Part shown: one piece after another, positions 15,787 to 24,400 of the stretch
Layout of the letters: each line of letters opens with the position of its first letter
Position numbering within the stretch: the stretch's first letter is position 1
DNA from: a virus
IMG/VR virus record: IMGVR_UViG_3300010883_024574
Span: 1-64,000 of that record
DNA length: 64,000 nucleotides
Reading direction: 5' to 3' (one strand)
Made by a program: the position numbers and the translations under genes
The notes under the pieces: generated by a model
What the model saw: only the letters and a program-made list of their open reading frames with translations
Databases searched by the model: none
What the model was told of the DNA's origin: nothing

Positions 15787-16857
15787 ATGAGTACAGCTAC
15801 TTTAAGGTGCGAATATGTTTGGCTAGATGGAGGAACGACTCCACAGGTTCGGTCTAAAACAAAGGTAATCACAGTTAAATCAGAAGAAGAAAATTGGAGC
15901 TTAAACCTAGCAGACTTCCCGGCATGGAGCTTTGATGGTTCGAGCACAGGACAGGCGACAACAGAGGCTTCAGATTGCGTTTTAAGACCCGTGTTTGCCT
16001 GCCTTGACCCAAACAGAACTAATGGTGTAATTGTATTATGCGATGTATTGAATACCGACCTAACCCCTCACGAATCAAACTATAGGGCGAGGCTTATTGA
16101 TGCTATGATAAAGCACCATGAAGCAGAGCCGTTTGTAGGGTTTGAGCAGGAGTATTTCCTATTCTCTGACGGAACCCCGTTAGGTTGGCCGACAGACCCT
16201 ACCGAGACCCCTGGACCACAAGGGCCGTATTACTGCGCAGTCGGAGCAGACAATGTGTCTGGAAGAGGGATTGCAGAGCTTCACTTAAATGCTTGTATAA
16301 ACTCTTCTCTTTCCGTCGAAGGTATAAACGCAGAAGTTGCTTTGGGACAATGGGAGTATCAGATAGGTGGCACTAACGTAAATGCCGTAGCTGCTTGTGA
16401 TCATCTTTGGGTATCAAGATTTCTTCTTTATAGAGTAGCGGAATCTCAAGGTGTATCTGTATCGCTTGACCCTAAACCAATTGAGGGAGACTGGAATGGG
16501 AGCGGCTTGCATACAAACTTCTCCACAAAGATGACTAGAGACAAGGGTGGGATGACGCATATTACGGCGGCATGTGAGGCCTTATCAGAGCCGGTAGCGA
16601 TAGACGCTGCTATGAATACTTACGGAGAAGGTCTTAAGAGGAGGCTTACCGGGTCGCATGAAACCTGTTCTGTGTCAGAGTTTAGATATGGTGTATCGGA
16701 TCGGGGTGCTTCTATTAGAATTCCTTGGCAGGTAGATCGTCAAGGGTTTGGGTACTTTGAGGACAGGAGACCAAATAGTAATGCAGATCCTTATAGGGTT
16801 GTTACCACATTGGTTAGCACGGTTTGTTCTGCGGTAGGCTCCAATGAAGGTAAGTAA
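15787..16857 (+). CDS. glnII: glutamine synthetase type II
   Basis: WSFDGSST.QA, QGPYYC, GINAEV..GQWEYQIG, DWNGSG.HTNFST, RLTG.HET, RGASIRIP, EDRRP; ~356 aa is GSII size. Confidence 0.93.
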   Translation: MSTATLRCEYVWLDGGTTPQVRSKTKVITVKSEEENWSLNLADFPAWSFDGSSTGQATTEASDCVLRPVFACLDPNRTNGVIVLCDVLNTDLTPHESNYRARLIDAMIKHHEAEPFVGFEQEYFLFSDGTPLGWPTDPTETPGPQGPYYCAVGADNVSGRGIAELHLNACINSSLSVEGINAEVALGQWEYQIGGTNVNAVAACDHLWVSRFLLYRVAESQGVSVSLDPKPIEGDWNGSGLHTNFSTKMTRDKGGMTHITAACEALSEPVAIDAAMNTYGEGLKRRLTGSHETCSVSEFRYGVSDRGASIRIPWQVDRQGFGYFEDRRPNSNADPYRVVTTLVSTVCSAVGSNEGK

Positions 16858-17290
16858 TTTTCTTAAAAAGCAAAAGATAAAAAAGGTATATGCTTATCAC
16901 GAAATGAAGCAGGATAAAAATACAACTGCTTTTGGCTGGGTGTTGTCTAAGTCTTTGGACCTAAACAATCCAGTTGTTGTATCGGCTGTATCTAAGAGTA
17001 AAAAGATATCAGATGATGATATGCAATGGTCAACAAAAGAGGGGAACAGTGCAGCTTCGGTATCAGACTACAAAAGATACTTTGAAGCCTTAACGGGAGA
17101 ATCTCCAGGCGTTTTCCTCAGCAAGTGGGCGGACAACAAAGACGAGTTAGAAGAGATAAGAAGAAGATCTAACGATAGGTATAGAGATGGAGAAGGCGAG
17201 TTCCTTTTGGGGCTAGCAAATCTGTTAGATGCTGGCAAAAAGTTCGTAAAATTTGGCCGCATATATAAAATAATTGATCCCAATACTTGA
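16844..17290 (+). CDS. hypothetical protein
   Basis: overlaps both neighbours. Confidence 0.65.
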   Translation: MKVSNFLKKQKIKKVYAYHEMKQDKNTTAFGWVLSKSLDLNNPVVVSAVSKSKKISDDDMQWSTKEGNSAASVSDYKRYFEALTGESPGVFLSKWADNKDELEEIRRRSNDRYRDGEGEFLLGLANLLDAGKKFVKFGRIYKIIDPNT

Positions 17291-17883
17291 AAAAAACAAT
17301 CTTTTCGGTAGTCGAAAACTATATGTATCTAGATATAAGCAGAGAGAAGAGTCGCAAAGAGCGTTACGAAGGCAAGAGGCAACAGGCTTTGAGCCTACCA
17401 GCAGCTTTAGCTGCTATTAGTTTTGACTTTGATGACAACGTAGCTTTCCTGATAAGAAGCGCTGTTTGTTTTGGTATTCGTGACGTATTTATAATTGGCA
17501 AGCTTCCAAGTAGAGGCAGTATCAATTCAAAAACAGGTTCTCTTTATGATTATATTTCTATTAAATCATTTTCGAATACATCAGAGTTTTCTAAGTATGC
17601 GAAAGATAATGGATATAAAATAGTGGCTATTGAGATATGTGAAAATGCAGAAAGCTTACATGACTATAAGTTTGCTTTTGATGAAAAAACAATTTTATTA
17701 TTAGGAAATGAAAGTACGGGAGTTCCTGGGGATTTGATCATAAGAAATGATGCTGTTTACATTCCTATGCCTGGGCTTGGATACTGCTTGAACGTAAGTC
17801 AGGCTGGCACAATTGTTATGAATGAGTATTACAGGCAGTATGCTGAGTTCACAAAAAAGGTTTCTTCGTATAAAAAGACTTAG
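17287..17883 (+). CDS. SpoU/TrmH-family SPOUT RNA methyltransferase
   Basis: N...IRSA..FG, LLGNESTG, IPM.G...LNVS.A. Confidence 0.9.
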   Translation: MKKTIFSVVENYMYLDISREKSRKERYEGKRQQALSLPAALAAISFDFDDNVAFLIRSAVCFGIRDVFIIGKLPSRGSINSKTGSLYDYISIKSFSNTSEFSKYAKDNGYKIVAIEICENAESLHDYKFAFDEKTILLLGNESTGVPGDLIIRNDAVYIPMPGLGYCLNVSQAGTIVMNEYYRQYAEFTKKVSSYKKT

Positions 17884-18021
17884 AGCTACTAGGTTCGTTG
17901 GCACGAAACAGCGCCGGGCATTGTAATCTGATGCCACGATGCTATTTTTTTAATAGAGTATTTGCATCGGCTACCCACTGATGGGTAGCTGTGTTGAGTC
18001 AATCGCAAGGAGGTATGGCAT

Positions 18022-18171
18022 ATGAGTGATACAAAAGAAGATATTTACTTTTCTTTCAAAGGTGGCCGACAAAGGCAGATTACCAAGGGAGAGTGGGAGC
18101 AAGAGTGGTTGAGGTGGTGGCAGAAGATTGATAAGGCTAGTGAAGATAGTCCGAATAAATCTCGGCCTTAA
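18022..18171 (+). CDS. 49-aa Trp-rich hypothetical protein, not in the ORF track
   Basis: AAGGAGGT upstream; converges on the - strand gene. Confidence 0.45.
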   Translation: MSDTKEDIYFSFKGGRQRQITKGEWEQEWLRWWQKIDKASEDSPNKSRP

Positions 18172-19535
18172 GTTACAAGCCTAACAACATTGTGTATAGC
18201 TGGCCGAAGAGAGGTCGATGCATCATCTTCTACACCTAGTCCTTCAAAAGAAGAAAAGTCTGCTGCGGCACCTGTTCGTTTTCTTGCTATATCTTTTAGT
18301 TTTTCTCGTTCTTTACTCCAAAATTTATTCAAGTAATGTTCTGATCCAAACTCTATCCCTATAAGTCCAGCGGTCAAGAGTATTGATATGCCTCCGGCCA
18401 AAACATCAGCAATAGGCAAAGGTCCGTCAAAAAATGCAAAAAGTATAGCAGCTATATCTAAGATTAAAGCAATAGCATTTGTTATGGCAAATATAACGTC
18501 AAGCCAAAATGAAGAAACTGTTTTCATTATGGTCAATATTTCATTTAGGTTTTCTACATTGTCAGCATTAGACTCAAGGGCAGAGCTTATTGGTCCTACA
18601 AGGAAAGGTATTCCGGCAGGAGTGAGTGCTGACAGCTTATTTATGCCGTATTTTTCAAAGGGTAGTTCAAAAAGAATTGCTTTTCCATTATTTAAGGCCT
18701 CTATTGTATTCTTGATAGCCAAGGGGAGGGAGAAGATTATGCCAACAAAAGGAAAGGCTTTTCCCCAAAAGCCGGGCCTCTTTCCCGCGACTCTTAATGC
18801 TTCCTTTGTTTTGTCTCCCTCTAGAAACTTATTCATATAGGCCGGATCTGCCATCGTTGCGGTAGCATATTTCATAAACTCTAACTCTAGTTGTTTGGAG
18901 TTTTTATTATAAAAAGAAGAATAGTGTGTTAGGTAATTTCCTTCTGCCGCAATCTTGCTTAATCCCCCGATGTTATCGTGACGAGCGAACAAGGAATCTA
19001 TATAACTACCTGCCTTGTCTGCATAGAGGCTTGCGCCTTCTAAAAACTCTTGGGCAAACTCTTGAGCAGTATCTATGTGTGAATCATAATCTATTGTCAT
19101 TATCTCATTGAGCAACCCTTTGTCTCCAGAATTCATAGAACTGAGTCCTGAGTCTAAACCATTTTTTGCCTCTACAAGCTTATTAACCGTTCCCGATATA
19201 AGGTCATGTCCAATCTTTTCCATTTTTTCAAGTTTATATGAACCACACCAATAATCATCTGCGCATCTTATGAGTTCTTCATACCTTGCTGTCTCTGGAT
19301 CTGAACTACCAACTGCGAAAAAAGCCCTCATTGCGGCAATCATTTCTGGAGATATAGCAAGCTCTTTCTCTGTCTCTTCCTCTATCTCTTTCTCTGTCTC
19401 TTCCTCTATCTCTTCTGCTTCTTTGGTATTGTTGATAATATATAGATCTTTTATCAAACCATCAATAGACCGAGAGGATTCAATATGACCTCTTTGCTTT
19501 AATTCTGTAGATAATTTTTTCAGTTTATTTTTCAT
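18168..19535 (-). CDS. hypothetical protein with the shared N-terminal helical motif and C-terminal hydrophobic helices (DGPLPIAD)
   Basis: 455-aa ORF with AAGGA RBS on the - strand; the only large - strand gene in the window. Confidence 0.8.
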   Translation of the reverse strand: MKNKLKKLSTELKQRGHIESSRSIDGLIKDLYIINNTKEAEEIEEETEKEIEEETEKELAISPEMIAAMRAFFAVGSSDPETARYEELIRCADDYWCGSYKLEKMEKIGHDLISGTVNKLVEAKNGLDSGLSSMNSGDKGLLNEIMTIDYDSHIDTAQEFAQEFLEGASLYADKAGSYIDSLFARHDNIGGLSKIAAEGNYLTHYSSFYNKNSKQLELEFMKYATATMADPAYMNKFLEGDKTKEALRVAGKRPGFWGKAFPFVGIIFSLPLAIKNTIEALNNGKAILFELPFEKYGINKLSALTPAGIPFLVGPISSALESNADNVENLNEILTIMKTVSSFWLDVIFAITNAIALILDIAAILFAFFDGPLPIADVLAGGISILLTAGLIGIEFGSEHYLNKFWSKEREKLKDIARKRTGAAADFSSFEGLGVEDDASTSLRPAIHNVVRLVT

Positions 19536-19613
19536 ATTAATTTAATCCTTTTATAACAGATATTCAGTAATATTAAATACTATTAGTAGTACAACAAACA
19601 ACAGGAGAATAGT

Positions 19614-19970
19614 ATGCCTAGGCTTGATGACTTTAGAGAAATGATTAATGGAATAGATGACCCAAGAGTGCTTGAGTCCGGACAGACTCTTCTTAGGGAA
19701 ATGATTTCAATTAATGAAATAAAAAGAAAGCTGGATCAACTTGAATCTGGACTAACGGATGGTGGCAAGGCTATATTTTATTTCTTTGCAGAAGAGCTTG
19801 ATGAAGATGAGGTTGTTTTTGCGGCAGAAAGAATATCCGGCAGAATAAAGAGACTCGAAAGATCAGAGGAGCTTCGCCTCAACGATAAAGAGGCCGATGA
19901 AGAGGCCAATGAAGAGGCCGATGAAGCTTGTGAGAAACTCGGCAAAGGTGATGTATTCCCTTGCCGTTAG
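19614..19970 (+). CDS. acidic hypothetical protein
   Basis: AGGAGA RBS; 12-nt repeat near the 3' end. Confidence 0.7.
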   Translation: MPRLDDFREMINGIDDPRVLESGQTLLREMISINEIKRKLDQLESGLTDGGKAIFYFFAEELDEDEVVFAAERISGRIKRLERSEELRLNDKEADEEANEEADEACEKLGKGDVFPCR

Positions 19971-19998
19971 AAAAAAATCAAAAAAGTTAGGAAGTAAG

Positions 19999-20658
19999 AT
20001 GAGAAGGGTTATTATATCTGATATACATATTGGTAGCAAAAATTATAAAGCAGAAGAACTTATATCTTTTTTGAAAAAAGCAGAATATGATCAACTAATT
20101 CTCGCTGGCGACATTATAGACTTTATAAAGATTCCATCCTTTACCAAAAGATTCCTTGATATAATAAAGGCTGTAGACTTTTCAAAAGATATTATTTATG
20201 TAGTTGGAAATCACGAGTCTTCAATGAAGGGCCTTATAGGGGAGAGTATCTATGGTGTGAGCTTTGTTGACAAGTACGAGTTTGAAGACGGTGAAAGGTT
20301 ATTCCGAATAGAGCATGGAGATAGATATGATGGAGGACTTGTAAAGAAAGATTTTCTTATGAAGATAATATCTATTTTTCATGATTGGCTGGAAAGAAGA
20401 TTCGATGTAGATTTGGCAACTTGGCTTGTTGAATATAAGTTAAAGAAAAGAAAGCTTAGAAGAATTTGGGATATATTAAAATGGAATGATGATGTTGATG
20501 TAATTATAATGGGACATTCTCATCATCCAGAGGCTATTATATGGGTTGATAATAAGCAGAAAATTAAAACTTATGTTAACTGTGGCGACTGGGTTTCTCA
20601 TCAGTCGTGGGTTTCCGTAGAAGACGGAATAGTGAGGCTACGGTCAGAGGCGGGTTAA
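19999..20658 (+). CDS. calcineurin-like metallophosphoesterase, LpxH-like
   Basis: SDIHIG, GDIID, GNHE, EHGD.YD, MGHSH, NCGDW. Confidence 0.85.
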   Translation: MRRVIISDIHIGSKNYKAEELISFLKKAEYDQLILAGDIIDFIKIPSFTKRFLDIIKAVDFSKDIIYVVGNHESSMKGLIGESIYGVSFVDKYEFEDGERLFRIEHGDRYDGGLVKKDFLMKIISIFHDWLERRFDVDLATWLVEYKLKKRKLRRIWDILKWNDDVDVIIMGHSHHPEAIIWVDNKQKIKTYVNCGDWVSHQSWVSVEDGIVRLRSEAG

Positions 20659-20702
20659 GCTGGTAGACTTTGTTATTAGTTTTGGTATTGACAAATAGAG
20701 TC

Positions 20703-20731
20703 TTGAACACTTTTGAGTATATAAGTAAAAT
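20703..20731 (+). promoter_or_regulatory. sigma70-type promoter upstream of groEL
   Basis: TTGAAC-17 nt-TAAAAT. Confidence 0.5.
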
Positions 20732-20752
20732 TATAGAAACAGAGGATTTATA

Positions 20753-22357
20753 ATGAGTAAAGAAGTTAAATTTGGTGCAGAGGCTAGATGCGGACTGCAA
20801 GATGGTCTTGATACTTTGGCAAATGCTGTCAAAGCAACCCTGGGTCCGAAAGGACGTAATGCAGCTATAGAAAGGGCATATGGCCCTCCGCTAATAACGA
20901 AGGACGGGGTGACTGTAGCTAGAGCTATAACCTTGGGCGATAGTGTTAATAATATGGGAGCAGAACTTGTAAAGAGTGTTGCTTCCTCTACCAACTCAGC
21001 CGCAGGTGACGGCACAACAACCGCAACAGTTTTGGCCCAAGCTATCTATACGGAAGGTGCAAAGATGGTGGCGGCAGGTCATAATCCTGTTTTAATCAAG
21101 AGAGGTATTGATAAGGCAGTTACGGTTGTTGTGGCTAAGCTTAAAGATATTAGCGTCCCCGTCTCTGATGATGAAACTGTTAAAAATGTTGCGATCATAT
21201 CGGCAAACAATGATGTAGAGTTGGGAGGCTTAATAGGGGAGGTGGTATCGGCAGTAGGGGATGATGGTATGATCTCTGTAGAAGAAGCCACTGGAGCGGA
21301 AACCTCTGTAGCCTATACGGAAGGCATAACCTTTGATCGAGGGTGGATCACTCCCACCTTTGCTACGAATCTGGAGAGGTTAACGGTTGAGTTTGAAAAT
21401 CCTTTCATATTAGTTTATGACGGCAGAATTTCATCTACATATGAAATAATGCCAATCCTTGAAGCTGTATCCGAACATAATAAGCCTTTGCTTATTATAT
21501 CTCAAACAACTGAGTCAGAAGCTCTGCAAACATTAATTTTAAATAAAGCTCGTGGTACGCTATCATCCTGTGCCGTTAGAGCGCCGGGGTTTGGAAGTAT
21601 CAGAAGAGACATGCTTGGAGATATTGCAACCGTTTGTAATGCAGTCTTGCTTACAGATGAGACCGGAAACCCTTTGCGAGATATAACTTTGAATGAACTA
21701 GGTACAGCGAGAAGGGTTATCATAAATAGAAATTCTACGACAATAGTTGATGGAGCGGGAACGTCGGAAGATATTATGTGCAGAGCAGATACTATAAGAG
21801 AACAGCTAGGTCAAGATCTGGAGTCTTATGAGTACGCTTCTTTGAAGCAGCGACTATCATCGCTAGCTGGATCTATAGCTATCCTTAAGGTTGGTGGTAT
21901 TTCTGAGTCTGAAATGAAAGAGAGAAAAGATCGTGTAGAAGATGCTATTAACGCAGTTAAGGCTGCAATAGAAGAAGGCATTGTTCCCGGAGGCGGGGCC
22001 GCTCTGTTGCATTGTGAATCAGACTTGCAAGACTTAAAAGAAAGCGAGGGGTTGATTACAGAAGAATTAGTTGGAGTCGATGTAATAGCGAGGGCAATAC
22101 GAGAGCCTTTTATTCAGATTCTCGTAAATGCTGGAATTGAACATCATTCTTATATGGAAAAGATTATCGGATCTAACAAAATGTTTAGCGGATTTGACGC
22201 TCTCAATGGCAAGCCTTCAAATGACATGTTGAAGGACGGCATTATTGACCCGGTGAAGGTTGTTAGGACGGCTATTGAAAATGCTGCCTCTGCAAGTGGT
22301 ACGCTTTTAACCACAGAGGTTGTAATTTATGAGTCGAATCAAACCGATGTAGATTAA
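20753..22357 (+). CDS. groEL: chaperonin GroEL
   Basis: TLGPKGRN, TKDGVTVA, GDGTTTAT, ERKDRVEDA, EEGIVPGGG, GIIDP.KV; no GGM tail. Confidence 0.97.
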   Translation: MSKEVKFGAEARCGLQDGLDTLANAVKATLGPKGRNAAIERAYGPPLITKDGVTVARAITLGDSVNNMGAELVKSVASSTNSAAGDGTTTATVLAQAIYTEGAKMVAAGHNPVLIKRGIDKAVTVVVAKLKDISVPVSDDETVKNVAIISANNDVELGGLIGEVVSAVGDDGMISVEEATGAETSVAYTEGITFDRGWITPTFATNLERLTVEFENPFILVYDGRISSTYEIMPILEAVSEHNKPLLIISQTTESEALQTLILNKARGTLSSCAVRAPGFGSIRRDMLGDIATVCNAVLLTDETGNPLRDITLNELGTARRVIINRNSTTIVDGAGTSEDIMCRADTIREQLGQDLESYEYASLKQRLSSLAGSIAILKVGGISESEMKERKDRVEDAINAVKAAIEEGIVPGGGAALLHCESDLQDLKESEGLITEELVGVDVIARAIREPFIQILVNAGIEHHSYMEKIIGSNKMFSGFDALNGKPSNDMLKDGIIDPVKVVRTAIENAASASGTLLTTEVVIYESNQTDVD

Positions 22358-22423
22358 TTTTTTAATTTAGTTTTTACATCAACTACCTAGCGATAAGGCC
22401 AGGTTTGCCTAATAGGAGAGAAT

Positions 22424-22693
22424 ATGTCTAATGCTGAAAGTAACCCTCATTTGGAGGTTGTTCCAGAGGAAAAACCTTTGACTAAAGATGAGATTCTAAA
22501 CTACCTCATAGCGATTGGGGTCAACACCTGCAACAGAGGTTATGATGCCGCTCAAAAGGAAATGAGGAAAGGCTTTTTAGCCATGCCTCTGAAAGAGATT
22601 GCTCCAACATGGGATCATCTTGAGGATCAGATTAAGGTTGCTGTTATTACAGAACATGCAGAGGAATTTAAAGCATGGGTAAATGGTGGATAA
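22424..22693 (+). CDS. hypothetical protein
   Basis: AGGAGAG RBS. Confidence 0.7.
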   Translation: MSNAESNPHLEVVPEEKPLTKDEILNYLIAIGVNTCNRGYDAAQKEMRKGFLAMPLKEIAPTWDHLEDQIKVAVITEHAEEFKAWVNGG

Positions 22694-22695
22694 AT

Positions 22696-23595
22696 ATGTT
22701 AGAAAAACTTTTTAATAAGCCACCGTCGATAACAAAGGCTAAAGATATACTTGTATCCAACGGTTTGAGCCATATCTTTGGGCAAACCTACAATATTTCC
22801 GAGGCTACAAAGAAGATGAGAAGTGCAATACTTTCTTATCCAGAAATCTTATCAGATCACTTTGGATCGATTAATAACAATGCAGCTTTGAATCAAGTAT
22901 TTGATACAGCAAATGAGCAAGAAGTTGATTTGTATAAAATTCCTTTTTGGAAAAAGAAGCTTGACAAAATAGCTGCATCTTCTGATGAAAATTTGGTAGA
23001 ACTTTGGAACGGCCATTCTAATCATATTGTTTCGGCTGCAAATATGGTTCCAGACTTTGACTGGATAAAGCTATTTAAAGCTCTATCTGGGAGGCAAGAT
23101 AGTAATAATTATATCAGACCCACCTATAGATCCGTTGTTGAAAGGTTTGTAGAAACAAGTCCAGATAAGTTTAAGTCTCATGTAGAGACTTCTGTTTTCT
23201 TTGCAAAAGAAGCCCGGCCAGCTTACGCTATAAGAGGACTTATGTATGCTCAGTATGTTAAGGCAGGCTTTCTAACAAAGAAGACTGCAAGAAAGATTAG
23301 AAGTGATGGTAGCGAGGATTCTTCGATAACTGGCTTGAAGGCTTTGGTTAAGAACCTAGACCTTTATTCTAATTCTGACGAGCTACTCCTTCAGTTTACT
23401 GATTCAAAATATGAGCAGGTTGTATGCTATCTTGCTCAAGAGTTACCTGAGTATTTGTTAACGTCTATCATGGGTACTGAATTTTTTTGGGCAAAGAGAA
23501 AGATAGAGGATAGGCTTGAGGCTATAGAGAAAGAAAGAGAGGCTAACAAAAAGTTGGCAGACTCAACAGGTGAGACAGAAGGTCTGACAATTTAA
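22696..23595 (+). CDS. alpha-helical repeat protein, paralog family with 35838, 35107 and 3039
   Basis: C-terminal FTDSKYEQVV.YL...LP...L..IM...KRKIEDRLE aligns by eye with 35838..36749. Confidence 0.6.
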   Translation: MLEKLFNKPPSITKAKDILVSNGLSHIFGQTYNISEATKKMRSAILSYPEILSDHFGSINNNAALNQVFDTANEQEVDLYKIPFWKKKLDKIAASSDENLVELWNGHSNHIVSAANMVPDFDWIKLFKALSGRQDSNNYIRPTYRSVVERFVETSPDKFKSHVETSVFFAKEARPAYAIRGLMYAQYVKAGFLTKKTARKIRSDGSEDSSITGLKALVKNLDLYSNSDELLLQFTDSKYEQVVCYLAQELPEYLLTSIMGTEFFWAKRKIEDRLEAIEKEREANKKLADSTGETEGLTI

Positions 23596-23614
23596 AATAA
23601 ATAAGGATTATAAA

Positions 23615-23884
23615 ATGGATAACTTTGCCTGGCTTGTTCAGCCTATACACCAAAACAAGCTAAAAGGCTTTAAGCTCGAAGACAACCCAGCGGTTAAGGA
23701 TAGCTTAAAGATGAGTTTTGATGGATCAATAATGGCCGTCCTAAGAAAGAGGGTGGAAACTTACTATAAAGAACAGAAGGTATCTATGATCAGGCATGGA
23801 TATGAGAAGATGCCAGATAAGATAAAAGTAGATGATGAGGAGTCTTTTTTTAAATATCTTGCGTATTTTGTTGATATAGATTAG
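23615..23884 (+). CDS. hypothetical protein
   Basis: AAGGA RBS; followed by a terminator. Confidence 0.7.
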   Translation: MDNFAWLVQPIHQNKLKGFKLEDNPAVKDSLKMSFDGSIMAVLRKRVETYYKEQKVSMIRHGYEKMPDKIKVDDEESFFKYLAYFVDID

Positions 23885-23907
23885 TCCCTATAGATTATAC
23901 AAACTTG

Positions 23908-23937
23908 AAGCCCGGCCATTATGGTCGGGTTTTTTTT
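23908..23937 (+). terminator. intrinsic terminator
   Basis: GCCCGGCCA...TGGTCGGGT stem followed by a T run. Confidence 0.85.
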
Positions 23938-23979
23938 ATGCTAATAATAAATATTAGTTATGAAATTTAAGGACGTATA

Positions 23980-24390
23980 ATGCCAAATGTGATGTATAAA
24001 AAAGCAGAGATTGAAGATTCGGGATTAACAGACCCTAGAACTAATTTGCCTATTCGTATCTCTACCACTACAAGGATAAAGTATAGAAAATACTTTGACG
24101 AAAGATATACTCATAGAGATGTTTTGTACGACCTAAGCAATAGGCAGTTGAACGAGATAATAGCACAAGACTTTGCCGCTAGTGCCGATGGTGCTCTTCA
24201 TATGTTTCTTTCTAAATCATCCAGCATAGACACGAAGAAAAGAGAGTGGATTGAAATAAGGCAAGTTTCTACTAGGCGAGCATTTAATTACTTCTTTTCA
24301 ATTATCCGCCCGAATGGTATAGATATTCTTACTACTTCTACTAGGTATGTTAGACCGAGAAAGCCTCGGTTGTTTGTTCCAAGTTTTTAA
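23980..24390 (+). CDS. basic hypothetical protein
   Basis: AAGGA RBS. Confidence 0.7.
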   Translation: MPNVMYKKAEIEDSGLTDPRTNLPIRISTTTRIKYRKYFDERYTHRDVLYDLSNRQLNEIIAQDFAASADGALHMFLSKSSSIDTKKREWIEIRQVSTRRAFNYFFSIIRPNGIDILTTSTRYVRPRKPRLFVPSF

Positions 24391-24400
24391 GAGATAGGTT

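Noticed and set aside
17884-18000. Hammerhead ribozyme (CTGATG and GAAA present)
   Set aside because: The CUGANGA core is incomplete and the stems do not fit hammerhead topology.
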